A stretch of 43,451 nt of DNA, taken from contig JAUCBJ010004703.1 in the NCBI GenBank assembly GCA_032718475.1, forward strand, positions 1 through 43,451, read 5' to 3'. This DNA comes from Nemertoderma westbladi. Lineage: Eukaryota; Animalia; Xenacoelomorpha. Positions 24,968 through 34,635 of the stretch are shown piece by piece. The notes beneath the pieces were generated by a model that saw only the letters and a list, made by a program, of their open reading frames with translations, ran no database searches and was not told the DNA's origin. How positions within the stretch are numbered: the first letter of the stretch is position 1; each line of letters starts with the position of its first letter. The position numbers were made by a program, and so were the translations under genes.

Positions 24968-26494
24968 TGGCAAGACTAAAATATAAGGACGGGATGTCCG
25001 TATAATAAATAAATGACATGCTGGTCACATAACCTCTCCAGTTTTCCAGTATAGTATATTACAGTAGAATTCAATCATCCCTCCTTTGTTTAGTTTATTT
25101 AGGCACAACATTGTTGAGTACCAGAATGACGCCATGTGCTGCTCTCTTAGTCACCATACAACATAATTAATATATGTGCGTCATCTTGTGGGTTTTAAAG
25201 TTTAATAACAATTTATAAAGTCAACAATCATGGACGTCATGCGTGGAAACGGACGAAAACCCAAACATACAAACAACAATATGTAAACGTAAATTGATTC
25301 AAAATTATTGTTTTTAAGTTTTAATTTAAGAAGTTTTGAAATTACGTGAACATTTTTTTATGTAGACATATGTGTACTTTACATATAAGCCCAATGGACT
25401 AGTGTTCCTATTTCATTCTTAAATATTTACACATTTGGTGGGAAAGATTAAAGGCGATTATCTCGGAACAACATTTTTTATTCACTCAAGAAACACTACT
25501 AATCAAAACGTCATAACCAATTTTTATAATTTGGACTTTAAGTGAAAGCGCTTCAATAAATTTCGAGAAGTTTTCTTTATTTCATAATTATTCCAATTAC
25601 TCCAAACAACCCACCCCCCATATGTGTGGTCAACGATGGTAAATATGATGGATGGTCATGATTATAATAGGATAAACATAGGAAATCGTTTTGATGTACA
25701 TCAAAGCTGTTGCCGCTTTGCATTGGCTGCTGAAAATCGACAATTCTGGACCTCGTTTCCAGCATACACATGGAGAGAATGTGTTTAACAACATATTATA
25801 TTATAACATGTTGAGTTTGGATTCCATGGCAAAACAATAATATTATAGCTGGAAGCGTGTAGCAGCGTCTATAATTACGCAACTAGCAATAATGACAGTA
25901 ACAAATTATTATTATTGTTACTAAACGGTGCTGCTTATTGGTTGTACTTGTAATTGCGTCAAATGTATTGGCTACATAATATGCAGTATGAGATGGGCGG
26001 TCTGGTTGCTGTAATAGGCTGAAAAGAGGGCGTGTTGTCGTTACCGCTGTTGAGGGTATAACGTAGTTCGTGCGAGCCATTAGTCATGTAGAAACCAACT
26101 CTAGTAATACTAGAGTACAGTTAGTTAGCCTTTGGTCTTCGTGTAGAAACAATTGCGCTTATGGCCAAATCTTCCACAACATGGTCAAAGATCTGGGTCA
26201 AAGCTTCCACAAAATAGGTCAGAGGTTCCACATCTGGGTCAAAGGTTCCACAAACCTACATTTTAGTTAAAACGACATTGTCGATTTATTTATATCTTTA
26301 TTTTATCTTCTTTATCCTAATTGGTCTATAATTTACAACTATACCCACTAGCACACGTTCTTCGCAGTATAATATAATATAATTATTTATTTATTTTTTC
26401 ATATTCAATAGAATGTCGCATCAAAATGTACCTATTACCCGCCACCAGTTAATTAATTATCTCTCAATCATCTCATATTATCTCGACTTTTTGG

Positions 26495-28837
26495 TCAATA
26501 ATAAGTAAATTCAACAGATGGATCGTCGGTGCTGTGAATTACGACAGACATATCTTTCTGTAGACGCCGCACAGTTTCCTTAGAGATATTCTTACAGTAT
26601 CGTAAATGGAGCCTATCCAGTCGTTTACAGCCCTTCTTGAGAAACTTAACCATCTTGTCATTGAGATCGACGCATCCAGAAAGATCGAGTTCGTGTAGGT
26701 AATGACAACCGCCGGATAGGTACTGAATAGACGTGTCTGAAATCTGGAAACAGCCTGCCAGATTCAGCTTCACCAGGAACCGACAACAAAAAGCCAAGAT
26801 CTTCACTGCGTTATCCGTAAGATTCTTACATTGACTTACATCTAGAACTTCTAGTTTCTTCAACTGATTAACTAGTTTCTGGACTCCCAGGTCCGAGATG
26901 TCCTGGCACTCTCCCACGTAGACCTCGCGAAGTCTCGGGTTCTTCCCTATTGTCTCTAACCCCGCGTCCTGTATGCAGCAACCGGTTAAATCGACCGCCG
27001 TCAGGTTGGGCATCGACCCCAGTAGCTCGAGACCCGCATCAGTGATGTGCGAACAATAAGCGAAAGTCGCGTAGGCCAACGCCTGGCTGCGTTGCGCTAT
27101 TCGCTGCAACGATACATCGCTAACACGCACACAGTTGGCCATGTTGAGCTCGCGGAGTTTCACGCCGCTCGGACCTTCTAGAACTGCCCGGAGACCCGCG
27201 TCCGAAACGCGAATGCAATCGGCAAGATTTAATACGGAAAGGGATTTAAGTAGACTCATCCCACGTAGACTCGCATCAGTAATCCGGGGACAGTCAATAA
27301 GATATATCTGTTGCAGTTCCGAGCAGTTTTTAGTTATCGTCTTGATACTGGTGTCTGAGATTCGGTCATTCCCCTCGATTCTTAACCACGTTAAATAGTT
27401 CATTCCGGAAATGTGGGTCATAACTTGGTCGCCTAGGAACGGTGACCCGCTAATGGAGAGCGTGCGAAACTTCTTGCCGTTGCTAATAAGTCGTTTGGCG
27501 TCCTGGTTTCGCACCTCTAACAGGTTGTTGAGGAACAAACTGTGTAGATTATAGCATCCATCGCCAACTGCTTGGAATCCTTCCACCGTCACCTGATTAC
27601 ATCCACTCAAGTCCAAATGTCTCAACTTACTCGCGCATTTACCGGTCGCCAAATACTGAAGGCCTTTATCAGTAAAAGCGCGGCAAAAACTCAAGTTTAG
27701 GTACTGGAGAACTTGACAGGAGTTGGAGAGAGAACGAAGGCAATTGTCATTGATTTTCGTTGATGACACATTCAGGTACAACAACATTCGACAACCGTCT
27801 AAAACAGTGCTGAGCATCTCTTCATCGAAAACACATTGGGATAGATTTAAATCCTGGAGATTTTGACAGAAACTTATTGAAATATAACTCTCGATAGAGA
27901 GCTTCTTAGAGCCCCTCAGATTCAGATGCACAAGAAAAGGTCTACATTTGTTCATCACCGAGTTAACCATACCATCAGAGCAACCGTTTTCGAACTTACT
28001 GTTCAGGCTGCTCATGTTAACTTTAGTCCAAAGTTGTCCGTTTGATACAATCATTCTCCAAGTGCGACAGACGACCTCACATCTTACCATGTCGAGAAGT
28101 GTCACATGTGAGAATATATTAACGGCCGCCCTTAGAGGCAACACGGAAACATTGTCTTCAGCATCCGTGGCCTCTCCCCAACTTTCTTCGTCTTCAAATT
28201 CACCCTTTTCCATTTTTGCGAAGTATTCTTTGGTTTTCCTCGCTTCTAGGGTGTCGCTTCGCCATGCCTTGAAAACTATACCCTGTCGAACTTTCTCGGC
28301 AACCCGTGAGATTAATTCCTCAGCCTGACGACGACGCTTTTCTCTAATAGTTCTCCAGGCGCACCACGTCTTGTAGAAATGACGAAGGGTTGTCTTTCGC
28401 AGCAACGCATCGGCGCGTCTCGCAAGACGTTTCTCCTCGGCGACAATGATCCTTTTCTCAATTAGAAATCGTTTCCAACCTCTGAAGCAACGCCTTACGA
28501 TTCCGTTATTAAACATATTCATAGCGTATTCGACCTGTTCTTCACTCAGATCGTCTGCCATAAAACCTGACTCGAAGTCAAAGAAGAAGTCGACATCTCC
28601 GCCCAGGGTAGACTTTTTCTTTGGTCGTAACTCCTCCGGAATAAACCTATCTAGAGTATATTCGGATTCATCTAGAGTCGAACTCTCACGCAATTTCTCT
28701 ATGATATACCCAATATGGTCTTCTGGTCTCTCCACTAGTAACCCGGCAGCTACCATCTGAAGAACCTTCTTCAGCCGTAGCTCCTTTGCCAGTTCAATAA
28801 ATCCTGATGTGGTTGTCATTTTCGATAAATTACTCAT
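26495..28837 (-). CDS. FBXL13: F-box/LRR-repeat protein 13 (dynein regulatory complex subunit 6), 780 aa, coding sequence without introns
   Basis: N-terminal D/D-like helix (GLLVERPEDHIGYIIEKL), Sfi1-like FxxW repeats, F-box (VSVLPLRAAVNIF...VCRTWR) and Cys-containing LRRs with motifs I recognise from FBXL13: FTDKGLQYL, IEGNDRISD, LNLADCIRVSD, GPSGVKLRELNMANCVRVSD, CHYLHELDLSGC and C-terminal DDP. Confidence 0.92.
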   Translation of the reverse strand: MSNLSKMTTTSGFIELAKELRLKKVLQMVAAGLLVERPEDHIGYIIEKLRESSTLDESEYTLDRFIPEELRPKKKSTLGGDVDFFFDFESGFMADDLSEEQVEYAMNMFNNGIVRRCFRGWKRFLIEKRIIVAEEKRLARRADALLRKTTLRHFYKTWCAWRTIREKRRRQAEELISRVAEKVRQGIVFKAWRSDTLEARKTKEYFAKMEKGEFEDEESWGEATDAEDNVSVLPLRAAVNIFSHVTLLDMVRCEVVCRTWRMIVSNGQLWTKVNMSSLNSKFENGCSDGMVNSVMNKCRPFLVHLNLRGSKKLSIESYISISFCQNLQDLNLSQCVFDEEMLSTVLDGCRMLLYLNVSSTKINDNCLRSLSNSCQVLQYLNLSFCRAFTDKGLQYLATGKCASKLRHLDLSGCNQVTVEGFQAVGDGCYNLHSLFLNNLLEVRNQDAKRLISNGKKFRTLSISGSPFLGDQVMTHISGMNYLTWLRIEGNDRISDTSIKTITKNCSELQQIYLIDCPRITDASLRGMSLLKSLSVLNLADCIRVSDAGLRAVLEGPSGVKLRELNMANCVRVSDVSLQRIAQRSQALAYATFAYCSHITDAGLELLGSMPNLTAVDLTGCCIQDAGLETIGKNPRLREVYVGECQDISDLGVQKLVNQLKKLEVLDVSQCKNLTDNAVKILAFCCRFLVKLNLAGCFQISDTSIQYLSGGCHYLHELDLSGCVDLNDKMVKFLKKGCKRLDRLHLRYCKNISKETVRRLQKDMSVVIHSTDDPSVEFTYY

Positions 28838-29103
28838 GCAGTTTCTTATTTCCTATAGTTTTGAATTTCTTTATTATTGAATTGTTAATTATATAATCCA
28901 ATTGATATTTTCGATATAAAGTATCTCTGTAAGATAATCATAAATAATGCTTTGCAATCTACCAAGGAATGATTATAAAGGCGAGATAGAATCTATGTTG
29001 AATACAATTTATTTCTATAAGTTTAGATGGGTTCCTAAAAATTATACCGAAAGATTAAAATTATTACCGGCGGCGGCTTAACTCAAGGTATATGTAATTG
29101 TTT

Positions 29104-29116
29104 GTTGCTGCGCAAC
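29104..29116. promoter_or_regulatory. RFX X-box-like palindrome GTTGCTGCGCAAC about 270 bp upstream of the FBXL13 ATG
   Basis: Resembles GTTNCC(N0-3)RGYAAC. A forkhead-like ATAAACA (about 29123) and an ATTGG/CCAAT box (about 29174) lie nearby, as expected for a motile-cilia gene. Confidence 0.4.
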
Positions 29117-29699
29117 CAGTTAATAAACACAGGAATCAATTAATATCCTCGGGGTAATACGTATGTATTTTGATTGGGCAATGGTTAATTAAAGTTATAA
29201 TTCCTACAATTATTGGTATTTGGCACACTTTGCATTAGAAATGTAATTCATTATAAATGTTGTTGACGTTTGAGTAAATTTTTCCCGCTCAAAGAAAAAT
29301 GACTGTAGTTTTTACTACAGACTCAACACAAACATCAAATAAATTGATGGCGACGCCGGAATCCTTTATAAAAAATAAAATTACGTATTGCTTGAAAACA
29401 AATAGTTATTCATCCTTATGATCGCTTGATGTATAATAAAGCTCGCTCGCAATTTATACAGCTCGGGGTCAGAGGAAATAAGCCTCATTTTTAGAAGACC
29501 GTCAGGGCTTCTTGTTGTCAAAAAAAAACGTCTGTGTGTTTGTCTGTATGTTTGTGCACATTGATATTGGCTTGGAAGTGTAAGAAGTGCTCTACTTCAT
29601 GGCCAACTATAGGCCTACAAAGAAATGTATCGATTATTTGTGTTATTAATTATTTAAGCGGGTAAAATTAAGCTCTTGCGGTATAAAAATAGCACAGGT

Positions 29700-29977
29700 T
29701 CCACCTTGGTGTAGTGGTTGCCTTGAATTCACATCTCCTGTAGGTCGTGGGTTCGATCCTCACATCGGCCAGGGCAGTTTTCGTTTCGGCACGAATGCTT
29801 TAAAGGGACCAGCCAGGGCGCATCTCTGCCTCGCATCCTTAAGTGGTAGCTAAATGAGTACTGGAGTTTCCTCTGGGGAGTAAAGTTCTGGGGGGACCGC
29901 ACTGGAAATAAGTCGTCAGACTTTGTGCGTAATCCCTGGCCTAGCGGCCGAAGAAAATTTACTTTACTTTACTTTAC
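29700..29977 (+). mobile_element. Full-length tRNA-derived SINE with (TTTAC)n tail
   Basis: A-box TGGTGTAGTGG (29707), B-box GGTTCGATCC (29750), core CATCCTTAAGTGGTAGCTAAATGAGTAC and tandem TTTAC tail. The 3' half recurs at 38845-38975. Confidence 0.8.
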
Positions 29978-30640
29978 AGGTCGATTCGCCGTGTCCCATT
30001 CTCACAAAGTTTTTATTATATTCGAGTGTTTAATATAAAGATGTATGATTATTTATTGATTGATTGAAAATAAAATAGTGTATAAATATGTAATATTCCC
30101 TCACGCAACCTGAGCTTTGCCTATGGTAGCGTATAGGGAAGGATTTTCTCTGTATCATAGCAACGTTGTATAATTATTTAACTCTGGCTAGCTGGGAAGA
30201 CAGGTAGGAAGCTGGCCGGAGTGTTGAGTATGTCTCAGTAAATCCAATGGTTGGGGTGGTTGTCTATTGAGAACTCAGAACTGGTCATGGCATTAATTCT
30301 GCTTTCTCCAAGGCTGCATGGAGGGAGGGAGATGTTTACATATTGATTGCGATTGATATTTGATTTGGGATTAGATTATCATTTAGTTTTTCGGTTTTGT
30401 TGTCTTATAGACGGTCTTCTTATAGCCAGCTTGATGGCTTTCTAGTTCAATTTAATATATAATTATTGGACGGATCAAGTTGGATGTCCATATTTCTCAC
30501 ACGTGTTTGTTTGTTTGTGTGTGTGTTTGTACACATAATTTCTTGCACTTAATATTGATGGAATTGGATGAAACTTTGATGATAGGTTCATTATCGGACC
30601 TAGTTATGTATTCAAGGTTTTGGTTGCGAGGGACCTGTTG

Positions 30641-30653
30641 GTTGCCTAGCAAC
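30641..30653. promoter_or_regulatory. Consensus RFX X-box GTTGCCTAGCAAC
   Basis: Exact fit to GTTNCC-N-RGYAAC, 1.8 kb upstream of FBXL13. The context (TGTTTGTTTG...GGATGAAACTT) looks like an interspersed repeat. Confidence 0.35.
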
Positions 30654-31051
30654 AGTGAAATTAATTCTAGGATGGGATGACCGCTCATAATTGTTGAATT
30701 CATCAATCAAAATTATGTCCCTGTCGACACCCCATACGGAGCATCGATTGGACATAATTAGTCATTTGGACACATTGGATAGAATTGTGGGAGAAGATAC
30801 ATTTCTTACAAACAGTGTTTTTTTTCCAATTAATTGTACAGACGATACTTTGCCCAATGTTTCGTGTTTCGTTATTAGGCAGCCCTGCGTAGGCGCGTAA
30901 TTTATTACAACAATAATATTGATAGCAATGGATACTTCCATTATTACCATCTCTCGGCTGCCTGGCAAGCTCGTATATTTTGGAGATCATTTTATTTTTA
31001 TTGAACAATTTACAATCAATGATCATTTTTGGAAAGTTCGCCAAGGCAGTA

Positions 31052-31308
31052 AAAAATAACGTTTTTAATTAACGTTTAAAAAACAACGTTGTTAATTAAC
31101 GTTTAAAAAATAACGTTGTTAATTAACGTTTAAAAAATAACGTTGTTAATTAACGTTTAAAAAATAACGTTGTTAATTAACGTTTAAAAAATAACGTTGT
31201 TAATTAACGTTTAAAAAATAACGTTGTTAATTAACGTTTAAAAAATAACGTTGTTAATTAACGTTTAAAAAATAACGTTGTTAATTAACGTTTAAAAAAT
31301 AACGTTGT
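31052..31308. repeat. 27-bp quasi-palindromic minisatellite (AACGTTTAAAAAATAACGTTGTTAATT)n, about 9.5 copies
   Basis: Directly visible. Each unit carries two AACGTT and one TTAATTAA palindrome. Confidence 0.95.
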
Positions 31309-31378
31309 AAATTGTTGATTCGCAAAAATTATGTGACAGCTAAGACTCGGGACGAAATGTCCTGTACCAATCATAGTA

Positions 31379-32503
31379 CGACAGCTCCAAACCAAAACCC
31401 ATGGTTTTCACATGGTATTTTCTGAACAAATTGAGTATCGTTTCCGAAAGACAAATTAACCGAGTCCCAGCATGTATATTGTCAATGTCAGATTTACCAC
31501 GTCAAAACCCAGTAAACAGAGTTACTTGGTTTCCAGCAGTTTGAGATACTGGGTTTTGACGTGGGATTTCCCGAATGCAGATAATATGCCAAACCAAAAC
31601 CCAGTAACTCCGGCAACGCAACAGACGTAGACAAATAATTAAATGTTCCAGAATATTATATTCTAGAATGTTGCCTCTTTGTTTTCGCTAACCGTTGGCG
31701 AAGGAAGTCGGAGTTACTGGGTTTTGGCGAAGGAACTTGTCAGTTACTTGGTTTTGGCATGGGAAAGGTAACCGGACCGGCAAAGAAACATAAAGCTGTA
31801 AACACATTATTTAGGACTGTAGTCAGGCCTATTTTCGTCCGCAAAATCCTAAACCTAACCGCATCGAGGACGTCCGTGCCGTTGTCTTTGTGACTAGCTA
31901 CTGAAACTTTCCAAATGGACGCCACGGAAGGAGATGCTCCAGTTGTTGACGGAAGAATGGACATGTAGACAGCCTTGCAAGAAGTTCTTAAGAACGCGCT
32001 GATGTATGATGGGCTCGCTAGGGGGCTAAACGAGGGGGCAAAGTGTCTGGATAAGAGACAGGCACATCTCTGCGTTCTGGCTAATAATTGCGATGAGCCA
32101 ATGTATGTGAAACTTATCGAAGCGTTATGTGCTGAACATCAAATTAATCTCGTAAAGGTTGAGGACAGCAAGAAACTCGGTGAATGGTCTGGACTGTGTA
32201 AGATAGACCGCGAAGGTAAACCTCGAAAGGTAGTCAGCTGTAGTTGCGTGGTTGTCAAGGACTACGGAAAAGAAAGCCAGTCATTGGATATCCTAAACCA
32301 ATACATAAAGACTCGGTAGTTACTGGCTCAATACAAATGGCTCATTCACAGTGATTGTGGGTATAAAGCAAATGGAATCGATATTGGTTTAGCTGGTAGC
32401 TGGTTCGGTAGAGTTTATAAAGAATGTCTGCAGCTAATCGGTGGTGTTGCGTTACCAATTAAAAATTAAGTGTTATTTGAATACAATATTGTTTTATTTA
32501 AAC

Positions 32504-32534
<31 letters not shown>

Positions 32535-32887
32535 CTGATTGGAAACTTTAAATGTTAGTTTACTGGGTTTTGGTGTGGGCAAATTAGTTATTGTGTTTTG
32601 AAATGGAAATCATGACGTTACTGGGTATTGATGCATCAAAAATCACAATTGTTTTCTTTTCAACAACACCAAAGCCGTGTAAGTCGATTTATAAGAAAAG
32701 TAAGGAATAAATTAAAAAAAAAGTTTTGGCACTAATATATATGTACAATTTATAAAGATACACAAAATTATAACTCATCAAATTAAATTTCAACCAAATG
32801 CCAGCTGTCTAAAGTCCAAAAATTGTAAACGCGATTATCTCGAAAAGTCAAAAAATGTACTTACTGGGTTTTGGTTTGGAGCTGCCG
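31379..32887. mobile_element. Non-autonomous TIR DNA transposon with 4-bp TSD (AGTA), carrying an RPS12 retrocopy
   Basis: Left CGACAGCTCCAAACCAAAACCCA and right TGGGTTTTGGTTTGGAGCTGCCG match at 22 of 23 positions. AGTA flanks both sides (31375-31378 and 32888-32891). About eight internal TTACTGGGTTTT/AAAACCCAGTAA motifs. Confidence 0.8.
31915..32534 (+). pseudogene. RPS12: Processed pseudogene of 40S ribosomal protein S12 (eS12)
   Basis: Intronless [25 protein letters not shown]...[33 protein letters not shown]...[29 protein letters not shown]. In-frame TAG at 31966-31968, normal stop at 32319, 3'UTR, AATACA signal variant and a 27-nt poly(A) at 32508-32534. Confidence 0.92.
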
Positions 32888-33623
32888 AGTAGGTCTAATA
32901 TGTAAATGTTTTATAATAGAACATCTGTTCCAAATGTTCGAGAGTTCTTTTGACATTGAGGGAAAACTGGGGTAATTGCCTGAAGCTAGTTTTTTTGACA
33001 GGGACTATTCGTTAGGGTTACAGGGATGGGAATAAAAAATGAGAAGCCATAGACACAATATGATACTTAATAATAATCATAGCCTACGAATTCAATATGT
33101 GAAATACCACTTATAATTCAAAATATCACGATTAAAATAAGACTCAACTATAAATGAAAGAAAGAACGAACAACAACAATATGATAAGGCCAATTCATCA
33201 TTTACAATAATACCAACACACTAAATATATAAGAACGTTTGAAATTAATGAAAAGTAAATGTCACGTTGATATATCAATCTTGTCTTAATTCGTAAAATA
33301 TACAACGGTGGTGTTGCTATAATAATGTCGTCTTGTAGTGAGTTTTCTGTTTGATTCAATATCAACGTTTTATATAAAGGTTTAGGTTCAGTCTATACTT
33401 TCTAATAAGGCAACAGAGAGTCACGTGCTGGTGATTTGGAAATTAAATATAATTATTAGTAATTAATACTGTTAATTATTTGGACAGGACGTTATTTCAC
33501 ATATGGTCAGTTTGGACATGTCGTTTAGTTAGTGCTGTGCAAGTAGTTGAGTCAGGTTATTGACATTGAAACATTTAGGATTGTGTAGTTTAAATAATAA
33601 TGTTTGATAACTTACATTTGACT

Positions 33624-34635
33624 CAAATGTACGGATCTGCTTGTCCCAAATGTACAGACCCCCTTGCCACTAATGTACAGACTCCCTTGCCCCTAATGTA
33701 CTGTACAGACCTGCTTGTCCCAAATGTACAGACCTACATGTCCCAAATGTACAGACCTGCTTGTCCCAAATGTACAGACCTACCTGTCCCAAATGTACAG
33801 ACCTGCTTGTCCCAAATGTACAGACCTACATGTCCCAAATGTACAACCTACCTGTCCCAAATGTACAGACCTACATTTCCCACATGTACAGACCTACATG
33901 TCCCAAATGTACAGACCTACATGTCCCAAATGTACAGACCTACCTGTCCCAAATGTACAGACCTACATTTCCCACATGTACAGACCTACATGTCCCAAAT
34001 GTACAGACCTACATTTCCCACATGTACAGACCTACATGTCCCAAATGTACAGACCTACATGTCCCAAATATACAGACCTACATGTCCCAAATGTACAACC
34101 TACCTGTCCCAAATGTACAGACCTACATTTCCCACATATACAGACCTACATGTCCCAAATGTACAGACCTACATGTCCCAAATGTACAGACCTGCTTGTC
34201 CCAAATGTACAGACCTACCTGTCCCAAATGTACAGACCTACATGTCCCAAATGTACAGACCTACCAGTCCCAAATGTACAGACCTGCTTGTCCCAAATGT
34301 ACAGACCTACATGTCCCAAATGTACAGACCTACATGTCCCAAATGTACAGACCTACATGTCCCAAATGTACAGACCTACCTGTCCCAAATGTACAGACCT
34401 ACATGTCCCAAATGTACAGACCTACATGTCCCAAATGTACAGACCTACATGTCCCAAATGTACAGACCTACCTGTCCCAAATGTACAGACATACATGTCC
34501 CAAATGTACAGACCTACCTGACCCAAATGTACAGACCCACCTGTCCCAAATGTACAGACCTACATGTCCCAAATGTACAGAACTACCTGTCCCACATGTA
34601 CAGACCTACCTGTCCCAAATGTACAACCTACCTGC
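33624..34635. repeat. 23-bp minisatellite (TGTCCCAAATGTACAGACCTACA)n, about 44 copies
   Basis: Directly visible. Explains the three overlapping repetitive ORFs. Confidence 0.95.

Noticed and set aside
25577-26080. Possible decayed CR1/L2 LINE (WNP and LETRSRIVD-like motifs)
   Set aside because: Too few residues to distinguish from chance without a profile search.
1-34635. Donor-like hexamers in other minisatellites (GTGAGT in 1-1620, GTATGT antisense in 15940-16308, CAGGTAGGT antisense in 33624-34635)
   Set aside because: No adjoining exon matches the units, and the orientation is opposite to the host gene or intergenic. Short motifs are expected by chance.
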